A stretch of 57,371 nucleotides of DNA, the filler included, from Platydemus manokwari (taxonomy: Eukaryota): the NCBI GenBank assembly GCA_037951405.1. It is 5 parts of 5 records of this genome, joined end to end, with 100 filler letters (N's around TTAATTAATTAA, not from the genome) between each part and the next. Parts side by side here need not be neighbours in the genome. Positions count along the whole stretch, not along the records: positions 39,162 to 48,270 come from JBBMOY011298206.1; positions 48,371 to 57,371 come from JBBMOY011315983.1; 3 more parts are not named here. The stretch is one strand, 5' to 3'. This document shows positions 39,162-52,399 of this stretch, in pieces. Positions within the stretch are counted from its first letter, which is position 1. Each line of letters starts with the position of its first letter. The position numbers were made by a program, and so were the translations under genes. The notes beneath the pieces were generated by a model. The model was given only the letters and a program-made list of their open reading frames with translations. It searched no databases and was not told the DNA's origin.

Positions 39162-40249
39162 TCTAGTTTTATTTTTAGATTAATTTTTTGACTAATTTAT
39201 ATAATCTTTTATTTTTAGAAAAATGATTAATCCTTGATGTTTTCTAATTAGGTTGTTGTGTTAATTTTAATTAATTATTGTTATTTCTATTCTCCCTTAT
39301 TATCATGTATTAATTTTTCTATTATCATGTTATTGTTATTCTATTATATTATTATTGTCATTTTATCTTTATTATTGTCATGTTATATTTATTATTGTCA
39401 TGTTATATCCCAACAGTAGTAAACAAATTTAAAAATTTTATGAATATTTTATTGAAGATAAATTGGTTTTGTTTTATTTTATTTTTAAAAAAATGGTTTT
39501 ATTATTTAAATTATTTAATTGTTTATTTGACTCAGAATGTCTCAAATGGTTTCTCGCAACAGTAGCTCAGTAAGAGAGTGCACAGAATATCATCATGTCA
39601 GAGGATAGTGTTAAATTAATGTCTTAAAGTATTCTCACATATAATTTTATCACCAAGTTGTACTGGATCGCCCCTTTTTATACTCAATGAGTATCATTAT
39701 TATTATCGTTGTAGCTTTCTTATCGATATCTAATGCCGGTTTCTACTTGGTTTCTTCATAAAAGTTTGGTGCCATTATTGGTGGGTGAAAATGGTCTTTC
39801 CATTGATTTTCAGATAAATGTGCTTTATTTCTTCCGCTGTGTTAGTTGTTCTTGGTTCGTCTTAAATTTCTCCTAATTTATAACCCACAAGGATATATTA
39901 ATCTACTATTTTATTGACTTGTTTGATGCAGAATATTTCATTCTATTAGTTTTGAAAATCTGTCTTCTTTAGCTTTTTGTTAATGTTTAACTCCTTTAAA
40001 AGATCAAATTAATTTTAAAGAAATCTCATTTTGTCATCTTGTGTCCCACCTTAAATATGTGATATTGCTTATTTTCATCATATATGTTTTTCATCTTCTT
40101 TTGTTGATATTCTAATGAAAGTTTTACCAGTTGCCATGCTTCACAGAGTCGCTTCATTAGTACTGTTATGCAGTCCTCTTTCTCTGTTTACTGTGAGATC
40201 TTGGTTTTATTTCCAAGTCTTATGACGTATGGATATCCCTCAATTACAT

Positions 40250-40700
40250 GAAGTAAACATGAGTGTACCCTATACTGGCTTGAACAATATTTCGATATGC
40301 AAATATACATGACGCAATGTGGACATTGCAATCGCTTCGTGTATCTTTGTCAATCCACATTAAACCTTTCGACCAACTCATTGGCTTATAGGTTACGGCA
40401 ATGTATTGGCTTGGGTTACCTTAAACATCTGGTTGATAGAATTCAAAGTATTTTTGAGAAATTCTATCCCTCCATTGGTAAGTAACTTTTTCCGTTTCCC
40501 ATACCGAAAAAACAATTTCTTCCACAAAAATTTTGGCAACCATCCTAGCTTGCCTGTCCGAGATGGCATAGGCCTCGATCTACAGGATCAGATAATCATA
40601 AAAAATTTATATTTAACGGTTGCCTCATTTCGTTAGTAATAAGGGATCAATACATCCATTGCTAGCATCTGCATGAGAGCAGTGGGAATCCATGTAGATG
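40250..40700 (-). mobile_element. Degenerate Ty3/Gypsy integrase fragment
   Basis: Minus strand reads MLAMDVL...IEAYAISDRQARMVAKIFVEEIVF/RYG..KKLLTNGGIEF...ANELVERFN, a retroviral-type DDE integrase core with frameshifts. Confidence 0.78.
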
Positions 40701-42468
40701 GTCGCATTTATTGCCAGTGTTCATCTATATGTTCAATTTGAAAATCTGTATTTTAAAACATCATCAGAATAGCATAAGTACTTGCGAATTTCCGAAAGTT
40801 AACATTGTCTGACCTTTTTAGTAAATTGTAATTTTTACTGAATTAAAACATGTGTGGACACTAAAAGTTGCAAATTTTGTGCTTATAAATAAAGCTTTAT
40901 AATCAAATTGTGGTTTTTAATTTTAAAGGGAAAATAAACAATTGGAAGTATATTCTACAGAACTCACGCTGTTGAATAATAACAATAATCAACACAAACT
41001 AAACAGGTTAAAAAGCACATTATAATTATTAAAATAATATTTTAATTAATGAATATTAATTATATTAAGTAATTACAGTTGAAACTAGGAAGTTTGACTT
41101 TGTAAATAATAATATTCATGTCGAATATGAACACTTGAACAAGAAGCACATCGAGGGGATGTACATTGAAAGTTAAAATCTAAAGAGCGAAGTTAGCTTA
41201 TTAAAACTGCCATTCAACTAGACACAATAATTAAGCTAAGCGTTGTGATTTTATTTAGAATTAATCTTTTTGCACCAAGTGTAGCTCCCAGTAACTTAGA
41301 ATTATTTTTCGTTTAGGTTAATAAAAAACTAACTAGTATTCTGTTTAGATTGTGGCTGTTATAGGAATAAATGGTGCTAGTACCCTGAAGTAGCCTCTAA
41401 TCAGTCATTTTTAAAGAAGTTTGGAATTGTGACCTAATTTATAAAGCTTACATACATTTATTTAAATCAGAGCTGTAACTTGAAGACGTTTCGATAAATA
41501 AAGCTTAATAAACAGAATAATTTGTGAATTAATTTATTGAATAAGTTTTTGGGTCTGTATTTTAACTGGCTCTTAATGGCCTTCAATAACGGGTATGAAG
41601 ACCTCTCTATTAAAGATTAGTATTGTCTAAAAGTTTAAATCAGTTGTGCCGTGCCGGCCTCCGCCTTCTATTTTTGGTGAAATTGTTGCCGTTGACTATT
41701 ATTTACATTTTGTCGACATTCCATGAATATTTGTCTGATTACAATTATATTATATAATGCACTTTTTTATTTTATTATTTATTTTTTATGAATTATTTAT
41801 TTATTATTACTTATTTGCATAAATTTTTATTCTTTATTTCTTTGTAAATATTATATTCGTTATTTATTCCTATTATTTCTATTTTATTCTTATTTATAAT
41901 TTGCCAAACTCTCCTCCCCACTTTCTTTCCCCCGATTCGTTACATTACACGAATTAATCACTATTTATAAAAGTCAACATCATAAAAGTTTCGGCTTTCA
42001 ACAACGTCACACAAAAGTTTTTTTAAAAATCATTAATTTACTAATATAACAAGAGTAATTATCAATTGTCAGAAATCAAGAGTACAAAAGTTTTGTATTA
42101 TTTTATGCGTGCTACTTATGTATATTTTTTATGTACATTATATATATATAGTTGATGGTTAGCATTACGTGGAGATCCCAAAATTTCAAACTGTGCTTAA
42201 AAAGGAGAAATTTAAATTCTTTTCAATCGAATTACAGGAACGTATTTCATCTAAATATTTTTATTAATATCATTTAATTTAAGAATTAAATCGATAAAAA
42301 AAATGATGAAATATTTCTCATTTGAAATCTTTGTAAGATAAAAAAATGAAATAAAAAAAATTTAAATTATTTAACTTATGATTGTGCAGAAATATCAGAT
42401 ATCAATTTTTTTGAAATAGTGAATCTTTAACAGTTCATGAAATCTGAAAATGAAATTCGAAATTTCAG

Positions 42469-43313
42469 ATTTCCAAGGAGTTAATGAAGAAGATTATAAA
42501 ATGGAAAGGTTGGTTTTAATAGAAATAATTTTAATTGAGTCATCTCATTTTTTTATTTATTTAGTATCAAAGATTTGTATGATATACATAATGAAGAAGA
42601 ATTTTTGGATTTTAAAGAAGACGAGAAAAACTCTGAAACAATCGGTGGATTTACACTTCCATTTTTTCATTGAATAATAATAATTCACGAATTCCAACTG
42701 GAGGTTTAAAAATATTTATAGTGTAAAAATTCATTTAAGTAAATATGAATCAATATTGGTGGTTAATATATTAATTTACCTTTTGAGAAACAAAATTTTT
42801 TATATTAAGAACAATGATAATAAATGATTTGGGTGATAAACTTGCACTCAGTTGATAGACTTAATTATCAAAATAGTGGCATGAATTGAATTTAACTGTT
42901 TTGAGAATTTCCAATTACTTTAGTTGGAATTAGAAATTTTACTAATCAAAATAATTTTGAATTTGCTTAACAAAACATATTATCATAATTTTCTGGTCAT
43001 TTTATTTTATTTGTTGTAATTTTTTACTTTATAAAAATTATCAATGATTACGACGGATATACGCGCATTTGAATAAGAAAATAAAAATTCGCAACTTATA
43101 TATTTAAGATGCTTGAAAAACACTAATGGGAAAATATTTATAATAATTATATTGCAAAATTAAGAAATAATGACTCTGTTAAAGCGTATTAAAAATGAAG
43201 AAGATTTGACATGTAAATAATTATATCAAGAAATTAAAATATCATTTGTTATCCAAGCTGATTTTGTTAGTGAAAATGATTATGTCAATCGAAATGTGAT
43301 TTATAACAAATGA
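42469..43313 (+). CDS. Candidate small acidic spliced gene fragment convergent with EIPR1
   Basis: Putative exons join in phase: (D)FQGVNEEDYKMES|IKDLYDIHNEEEFLDFKEDEKNSETI|EIMTLLKRIKNEEDLT|SDFVSENDYVNRNVIYNK*. Splice sites are weak and no start exon was resolved. Confidence 0.3.
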
Positions 43314-43506
43314 AAATGCTGAACTCAAACACGTAGCAGGAGGAATTAATATCAAAAGTAGCAATGAGATTATTCGCATCATATAATATGAAGAATGGTA
43401 TGGTGAATATTTAGTGATTAATTAATTTAATTATGTATCATTAATGTATCGACAAGGCAAAAATTGCAATAACCAATCAATTACTATATATTGAAAATAA
43501 TTTTTA

Positions 43507-45471
43507 TTATAATAGAATGTTATATTTAATTCGTCTTGGTACTTGATTAATAACTAATCTACCATCATAACTAAGTGAAGAAAATATCCAAGGATCGACA
43601 GGTGACCAATCAACAGAATAAACTGAATCTTCATGTTCTTCATATGTTTGAATCAGACCATCAAATAATTTTTCTTTCGATATTCTAAATTTATTATTAA
43701 CAATTTTAATTATTATTAATTATTAAATAATAAATGTAATCTAACATGTCATCTTCATCGTCCGATACGGATTTAGTATGAGATTCAGAAGATACAGCTT
43801 GTGCTAAATGTAACGCCACCATACTATCTGACCCACCCGAAAGAATGAGTTGATCATGAAATGGATTGTATCGAGACTTCCATACCTAAACAGTGTAGGT
43901 AAACTTTAACTGACATGTGTTTTTTAAATCGTTAATAGTTTATAAAAATAACTAATTTCTTCAGGAGAATATTATAGATGCAACGTCTGGATACAGCCAA
44001 TGATTGACATTAATTATAGTAGTAATGCTAGCTTGATGTAAAAAGTTCCTGGAGTTTGTGCTTTCCAGTTTCTCGACCAAAAAATCCTACGACTATATGA
44101 GATGGAGACTATAGTGTATATTACAGACTCTCAAAATGAGTAATCACTGCATTATAACTGATAACGGAAGCAAATATCGACTTTACTCAATGTGATGCTC
44201 AAATATTACTCTTGGAACATTAGGCTAAAATCTCATATAGTGATCAATCTAAGGTCAAAGTAATGAAATGGATTAGACATAGAAAATAATATATTATGTT
44301 ATATTTATCATGGATCTCTTTATTATTTTCCAATTCGAATGATTCGTCTGGACCTACTGAATTTAGATCATTTATTATATCAAAATTTTATTTAAAAGTA
44401 TACTAGAATATATAATAACAGATATATAATATTATTAGAAACTTTTCATTCATTATAATGATATTTTGAAAATAAATAAATCATATAGCACCCAATGAGT
44501 ATGTTCGTCGATTTCTTTAACAGGTCCTGATTTCGTATTCCTCAAATCCCAAAATTTTATCATGCAATCATCACCACTGGATATGATATAATATTGGCGA
44601 TTAGGATTATGATCTATATCTCGAACCATTTGTGAATGAGCATTGTCGATACTGTTATAAATTCTGAATACTGCCATAATTTGAAAGATGATTGAAAACT
44701 AAATTAACTTCATAGAATTAATATCCCAGCAATATATATTCGTTTCTGATGATGCTACAACTTGCTTTGTTCCATGATGAGGACTCCAACTACCTGCATT
44801 GAACTTTGGATGACCACGATGGTCTAATCGACCTTTTGAAATAACATGGAATTCGGCTTCTTTAGATCCTAACAAGACTAAATGACTGTCAATCAAAGCA
44901 ATGAGATCCTTGTTTCCTTCGTTCGGACAGCTTATTATTCTATTAAATCAATGATTATTACATTTATATATAGAAACTAAATTACTGTTTTACATCACCG
45001 ATATCAGAAGTTGGTAATTGAGTTAATAATTCCAGATTGTCGGGATGTAAATTATCTTCATAATTAGGTAATTTCCAAACATTAGCCAATATCTTCGCTT
45101 CAGTATAGTCAGGTGCCACTTTAGATAATTTAAATTATAAACAGGAAATTAAGATTTAAACTTGATAAAAATGTTGAAACAAGAATATCAGGATCAGATG
45201 GAAAAGCAGTTAAACCCCATATTTCACCCAAATCGTGATTAAATATATTATTCTTAACTATATGACTTTCATCATCATATGTAAGTACATGAAGCTGATT
45301 TTTAGATCTGATTGATTGAGTCCCTGCAGCGAATCGAACTTTATCGTTGTCGCTATATAAGCCTATTAGACTTCTTGACTATTAATAGCATGATAATTTG
45401 AAACGTTTCAAATAAAATACTTGGAATTCTAATCCATAAATAATAGGTACAGTTTCACTTTCATTTATCAT
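43507..45471 (-). CDS. EIPR1: EARP/GARP-interacting protein 1 (TSSC1), WD40 protein (7 exons: 45471-45421, 45378-45162, 45118-44986, 44939-44709, 44663-44492, 43885-43746, 43684-43507; 373 aa)
   Basis: Recognisable N-terminus [11 protein letters not shown]...RF..GTQS..NQ.H, internal [24 protein letters not shown]...GDDC..KFWD and [16 protein letters not shown], and C-terminus [44 protein letters not shown]. All junctions are in phase. Confidence 0.95.
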
Positions 45472-48270
45472 TTAAAAATATAAAAAATTTGGTGTTGTAA
45501 ACTCTTTAAAAATTCGCTAAAACCTAGAATTAGTTGTTTAAATATTTATAAAAATATAATTTATGTAATAAATTCTCAAATAAATTTGTCTAAAATAACT
45601 TTTGAAAATTTAATCCAACTGTGTTTGATTATGAGCTTTTTATTTAATTCTAAATTGTGTATTTCTAATAATACCAAAATCATAGTTTTACAAATCACAT
45701 ATCTTAAATTCAAAGTATTCTCTAAGTTATATAGGAAAAAACGATTTCTAAGATTAATTTAAACTTAAAATTTTGAGTCTTAATTTAATGTAGTAAAGCA
45801 ACTTTTACTTCAAATAATATTTAAAATAAGTAAAAACATTAAGAAAAATGAAAAGCAATCTTAAAATTTTAAGTGTATTTTAAATGAAAATGATTATTTA
45901 ATCAATTTTTTAATTTTAATTTATAATGCATTAAACTTCAATAGCTGGAAGTTTTGGAATCTTAGTAGGACATAGTACATACTTATCATTAAAAGTCTCG
46001 ACTCTTTTAAATTTAATTTTAAGGTAATAATAGATATTTTTAGTAATGCAATTTTGATGAATTTAATAAGATCAAATCTCCCAGGAAATCCCATTGGTTC
46101 AAAACTAGTAAAAGTAGTATATATTAAATTGCAGTAAAAGAATATTTTTAATTTATATACTTATTATGATCTATTTTATATAAAATATGTGTTGGAAGGT
46201 CTAATCAGATTAAGGTAAAATAGGGGATATCTAATTTTGATTAGCTGGGTTTGAAAACTTTTGTTTAAAATATTGTTAGGAATTAGCACATAATAAGTTG
46301 CTTTAAAATGTTAGCTTAAAATATTCTTTGTTGAATCCCTATATATTATGGTACACTCATTAACCATAGTACATATTCAATAAAAGCATGTCATTGATTG
46401 AATATTGCCAAAAAATTTATGCTCCTCGTTCTCTCAAATAGGATCCGGTAACATCATTCAACATTAATAGAGATAATCTTTTTATATACAAAAATTTCAC
46501 TAATAAAATTAAGCATATTTAGGAAGTCTGAGCTTTCACTCTCTTAAACCGTGAAGATTTTTTATTTGTGTCGAATAAATAAATATTTTCTTACACATAG
46601 TTTTGTTAACGCAATTTGGTATAGCATTTTATTTTATCTTTATCGATGATTTCTGACACTAGAAAAGAGTGAATCTTAATGTATAAGTTCACTCTTTATC
46701 TAATAACTCATTAGTTGGTATGATGATTTTTTATATTATAATGCATTGTAAGTTATTATATAGGTTTTAGTGAAGTTTTAATGCTAAGCTGGTAAAAATT
46801 AATTTGTCTGAAGAACTCACTAGTTTGTTCTAAAATACTTTCTGTTTACTCTGAAGACTAAGTTGGGTAAAAATAAAGATGCATCATCGAAAAACGTAAT
46901 AGATTATTTGGTAGTTTAATATATGAATATTTATTAAATAAGACAATGTGAGCGATATATGTTGAGAAACCTTTTGATTCAAAAGTAGATTACCTAGCTC
47001 ATACAAAAAAGTCATTGATGATAAATTTCTGGAAGACGTTTGCAACCATATTAATGAAGCACTGAGTTTAGCCGACTACCCCGACTAGGTCGAACTAACT
47101 AAATAAGCGATGATAGGTGAAATGAATTGTACTGCAATGTACAGATAACTCACAATTTTTTCAATAGAAACCGAAAACCTCAAAATGAAAAAATTGAGAA
47201 ATCACTTTCAGTCTCGTCTGATTACTACGTGTTAACAAACATGCATATTCCAACCTCCTATTCTTTAGTTGTCAACACTTAGTTAATTATGAATTTATTA
47301 CTGTAATACTCTAGAGTTACTATCAAAACACTTTACTTTACTTAAATTTAACTAATTTACACCATCATAATTTAAGTTAATTAACACATTTGTCATAAAT
47401 TCCAACTTTTCCCAGATAATGGTTACCATTTATCAATAAAAATTTACCATATTAAAAGTTCGCACAAAACTATGCGATTAGAAAATCCAAATTAATTGAT
47501 TAAAGTCATTCTCCATTCACGGGCCAAAATCCATAACTTATTCTTGATGCAAATAATTGCATTTCACTACATCACAACAAGCCCCTTATATTTTTAATTT
47601 AACAAATTGAACCAAATTTCTATGCATAATTTATAATTATAGGAACTTCCACTGCTCATAATAATTCCATTAATGATATAAATAGCTTTATTTTCGCAAT
47701 TTATATTAATAGTAATTATTATTTATTTATAAGTTTGACCATACAGTTCATATTTACATTAATTAATTTTTGTATTGGTTAATTATCGCAGAACTTAACA
47801 TTGGGTTTAGTATTCCGATTTTAAAATCTTTTTTCATTTCCCATGAAATCAATTTTTATACATTTATTACAGTAATCGTTATTCTTTCATCAATTTCAAA
47901 TCAATCTTCAAATTCAAAAATAACATTGTCCTAATTCAATGTACTCAACTATGGGTTTAAACATCACGAAAAAATCATTGATCATATAAGTATTTAATAC
48001 AGTATTTCTAAGATTTATCTTTAAAACAAAATTTTAGTTTAATTTGTTAATATTAAACATTATAGTAATGAGTATTGAATTTAGTTAACCAAAAATTAAT
48101 TTCTGTGTAGTAAAAGTCCAATTCAAGAAGTTTGCATAAGGTTTAAATAATTATTTTAAAATTAATTTAAAATAATTATTCTAAAAGTAATTTTTAAATA
48201 ATATAACTTTTAAGAATGATTGTTTAAATAATTTTAAAATTTGAACTGTTTCATGAATTCTACTAAATCT

Positions 48271-48370
48271 NNNNNNNNNNNNNNNNNNNNNNNNNNNNNN
48301 NNNNNNNNNNNNNNTTAATTAATTAANNNNNNNNNNNNNNNNNNNNNNNNNNNNNNNNNNNNNNNNNNNN
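48271..48370. other. Artificial scaffold gap linker
   Basis: 44 N + TTAATTAATTAA + 44 N. Confidence 0.97.
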
Positions 48371-48399
48371 AACAAATTAAGAAAATTAATAGAAAATAA

Positions 48400-49140
48400 A
48401 GAAGACTATAAGATACAAAAATATGGTGGAATTTTACCATTAGTAGCATCATTACTGGCAATTATAGCGGAAGTTGAGAAAATATAAGAAGAATTAGTAC
48501 AGATAAAGTTAAAAGGTGAATTGAAACAAGAAGACCATGATAGAAAAGGAGTTGATCTTCTTTTGAATTCTTATGAAGGAAGAGCTTTGCATGATTTTTT
48601 AAAAAATACCAGATATGAAATTTTACCATCTATAAAACAGATTAAAGTTAAAGTGATTTATTTATTACCATACAGCAAAGAGCCACAAAAGTGTTAATAA
48701 GTTAGTTAACTAATATTATATCTAAAAAATATAGCACAGTAATAATATCTATTACTAAGAAATCACAATGGAAATTTAGTTTTCCAATGGCTTTAAAGTT
48801 AAATCGAGGATTTAATAATGAAATTGTTTTAATGTCGACAAGTGTTTATAATTCTGTTTATAATATCAATGATAATAATTCTTTTGAGTATGAGAATAAA
48901 TTATATAAAATTCATGAAATTCATGATATAAATGAAAGTATACGAAAAAGTGTTGGTAAGTATAAAATTTATGGGATTACACAAGTTGATCGTTATATAA
49001 ACCCAATATATAATGTAAAAATTGAACTTGGTAAAGCCACTTTAAAATGGAAACTAATCACAAAGGGAAATATAAAATTTATTACATTGGGTTCCGTTTT
49101 AGATTTGATAAAAATAAAATATATCCATCTGAAACTTATT
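48400..49140 (+). mobile_element. Maverick/Polinton (adintovirus-like) remnant: core-protein-like ORF and minor capsid (penton) N-terminal half
   Basis: KYGGILPLVASLLAIIA resembles the GG-containing Polinton core proteins. FSFPMALKL...EIVL...VYNSVYNINDNNSFEY...HEIHDINESI...KATLKWKL matches the recalled Polinton penton pattern F..PI.L...E.AL....YNS..NI..NN.F.Y...YEI.DIN..I. Confidence 0.6.
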
Positions 49141-49199
49141 TATCAAAAAATAAAATCAATATTTCTGAGCTTAAGTTTATTAATGTTGAATGTTCAATA

Positions 49200-50998
49200 T
49201 GAATCTGGAGAAAACACAAACCTTCTCCTGAAACCAGGAAAACAATCAACATTCTACATGATTACATCCTGGCATCCTATTGCTCTCACGTACTCGTCTT
49301 ACCGGATCTTCACTACAATACTAAACCTAAGGCTTCTGAAATGGATAGATACTGGAAACATTCTGTCATCAAACCAAAAAGCAACGTTTGCATCAGTCGG
49401 ATGAGTAGAGCGCAATGCTTATCTATTCTCACTGCAAGAATACGTGCCCCAGCACAACAAGGAGTTGCATATCTACTAGATCGACCTCCTTCACAAAAAT
49501 TCCAGGCTTACAATATTTTTTTGCACTCGAGATTGCCTTTTTACCTCAGAATCCAACAAGTAGAAACTACCAAACTTGATTCATGTAAACTGATCTCAAA
49601 CCAAAATAATGAATCACTACAATAGCTTGACTAAAATATACACCGAATGTCTCTCAAAATACTAAAAATGAACTGATCAAAGTCAAGCAACAACAACTTC
49701 TTCTATGTACCTACCAAACTTGGCGGGATCGGACTCACTACATCTTTCATGGAATATTGCTTACAGGGCATTGTCGGTGCCTTCCGATATCTCACAAGTC
49801 TGAACCAAGAATTTAGAACATTCATGTCAAACCACATAATCAGTATTGTGAAGCATCGAATGACTGAATCAAATGATCTCGCGACAACATTTCTCTGGAT
49901 CTCTGACAAACTACCGACCGAAAAATCATCCTCAGCAGCAACATGGTGGACAAAAACTCACTTTGTAGTCAGAAAACTTAGGAGGAGCTTAATCGATGTG
50001 GAATTCTACAACAACACTAAAATTCTCCGGAAACTCACGGTGAACAACAACAAGACCTACTATTTCAACTTCGACAATCGTGGTAAATTCTCAGACATTC
50101 TACAAGAATCGGTATCAATGCATTCCTATAACGAGTGCGGTGCCATGAAAAAACAAGAAAGACTGGTTCACTGTTTCTTGGCCAGTCATCTCTTGCAAAA
50201 GAGTCTGAAAAACCTCCACTTGTCACCATAAGTTTGGATTTTCATATATCAAGCCAGAAACAACCTACTATTACTGAATTTCACACCGTATTTCATGAAG
50301 AAAGGGAAATCAACCTTATGCGGACGATGCCAAACAAGACAAGAAACTGATGCCCACATATTCATCCACTGTCCAGCGGCCTCTGGTCTGGCATCAAAAA
50401 GACACTCAATCATTTTGGACCACCTAGGCCGTTTACTCGGACTGGATGCTAGTATTGATACAAGCTCACCGGAACTAAATACAAGATTGCCACCGTATCT
50501 GATCATCAGGAACAAAGCTAAGAGACATGCCTACGTTATCGACCTGAAGATTCCGTTTGATATCTCTGACAACTTGAGAAACATCAGTAACTTTTAAAAA
50601 TATCGGACAATAGTGGCTGAAATCAAAACAAAAACCAGATATGAAACTTGGATATTGGGACCCGAAAAACAACAAAGTACTTGCCAACATAGGTCAAGAC
50701 AAGCCACAGATCACCTTCATCGCCGGGTTCCTCATCAGCCCTCTACTAAAAGGTGCTTTTGTAACATACAAAGCCCACACAGACTAACGGAAAATGAAAT
50801 TCCTATTTTAATCAAGAGCATACAACCAGATTTCTGCAACGACCAAAATCGGATAGTTTAACTATTGATATTTAGAAAACCTAGCAATTCTAATATAAAG
50901 AATCTCGGCAAGAATACTCATAGGAATAAGCGTAAATGTACATACTGTAAATTGATGTGTCACCGCATCTTGAAAAATTTTATGCTTATACTGAATAA
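49200..50998 (+). mobile_element. Degenerate non-LTR retrotransposon with restriction-like endonuclease (R2/R4/NeSL group)
   Basis: RT N-terminal motifs LLLKPGK...SWHPIAL..SSYRIF..IL..RL.KW....LS.NQK, then LYVPTKLGGIGL, the zinc knuckle CGRC...ETDAHIFIHC, RHS and PYLII...VIDLKIPF (PD-D-K type). The RT core was not seen. AATAAA occurs near 50994. Confidence 0.85.
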
Positions 50999-51129
50999 AT
51001 TTTAGTTTTTTTGCATCGATAAAATCGAATATTATTTATATTTTTCCAGCTAACAGTGTTCACCGGGTTATTTATATATTAAAGAAGTAAATCAAGTTAT
51101 CTATTTTCCAATATTTACTAAATGTGTTA

Positions 51130-52370
51130 GTGAAATTGCCTTTAAAATAACATGTCAAAATGGGGATTTAATAGACTTTAATGAAGAAGAAAAGAAAGTA
51201 TAAATTTTATTTTTTTAAAAAACGGATTTAATAAATTTTCTAGCTGAAAATGAAATTAATAAAACTACTAATATAGATTTAAAAGATATTGCAGATGATT
51301 TAAACTTAGACGTTGAAATTATTATAAGAGATGATCTTTCAAAAATAATGAATTTATAAACTACAAAAGAAAATGGTCCTCATCGGGTTTCAATAAGTAA
51401 ACCACATAAAATTTATTTTGATCATTATGTAATTTTTCCAACTAAAGAAGTTTATTATTTCTTTGAAAGAGAAGATTTGGAAGGCCAGACAAGATCTAAT
51501 TTGTTTATAATAATATTTAAATACAAACAGAAGAAGAATCGTGTATGTTTCATATTGTTTAGACAATAGATTAAAATTTTATTATATTATTGATCGTATG
51601 AAGGAAACTTCCCTTGAACAAGATGCGGAATGAAATCAACAGCTTTAAATTGAGAATTTAAAAATGTATATAGTTCATAAATTTGATAATGGTTCAATAA
51701 ATAACATGACAGATGTTCAATAAATTATTAATGCAGAAGAACCAATTTATGATAGAAAATATATTAAAAAGAAGGTGATGGTATGAGGGTTGATTTGGGG
51801 TTAAACAATTACAGAATAACAAATATAGGAAGTCCAGAAAATATTTTAATGCTGTAAATAATAAATATCCTGAAAAATTCATTGATGAAATTAAAAAGCA
51901 TTTTGAAAAAGAAATTAGTGAAACTAATAAAAACTTGAGGATTTCTACTTATTTATCAACTGCAAAATCTGAATTAATAAAAAGTAATAAATAGAGTATT
52001 AATAAACTTGATTCTATGTGTAAGTCAATAATTTCCATGATAAAGGATAATAAAAAAAATAAATGAAACAGAAATATAATTAATCTCTAAAAACCCAATA
52101 AATTGAAGTTCATATAAAGAAAAACGGAAGCGAAATTGATAGGGATGGTGAAGAAAAAGTTAGCCCTTCAATCTGAAGAGGAATGAAAAGAAAAAATTGA
52201 ATGATATCAAAACATTGGCAGAAGCTATCCCTAATTTAAGAAAACCAACTAATCTTCATGTTGATGAAAGGTGGGAAACACAAAAATATGTTTGTTTAAA
52301 GGAGGGACAGAATATTAATTATTATGGAAATAGAGATGTGTTTTTAATGATAATCTACCTAAAAAATTGA
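51130..52370 (+). pseudogene. Decayed intronless coding remnants, probably a continuation of the Maverick/Polinton
   Basis: Long K/N/E/I-rich frames broken by scattered stops. HVDERWETQKYVCLKEGQNINYYGN (~52256-52330) loosely resembles a Polinton major capsid N-terminus. Confidence 0.3.
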
Positions 52371-52399
52371 AAAATATCTTCAGATAGGTGAAACGAAAA

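Noticed and set aside
45950-47900. Faint Penelope-like RT (~45950-46830) and EnSpm-like transposase (~47440-47900) similarity on the minus strand
   Set aside because: Too degenerate to support by eye; needs a frameshift-aware HMM search.
9877-48370. Four identical TTAATTAATTAA palindromes centred in N-runs
   Set aside because: They are assembly linkers of fixed 100-nt length with six-frame stops, not biological sequence. Adjacency across them is uncertain.
48787-49404. 205-aa ORF as a novel capsid-RT fusion gene
   Set aside because: It looks like chance in-frame read-through across an insertion junction; both parts are truncated.
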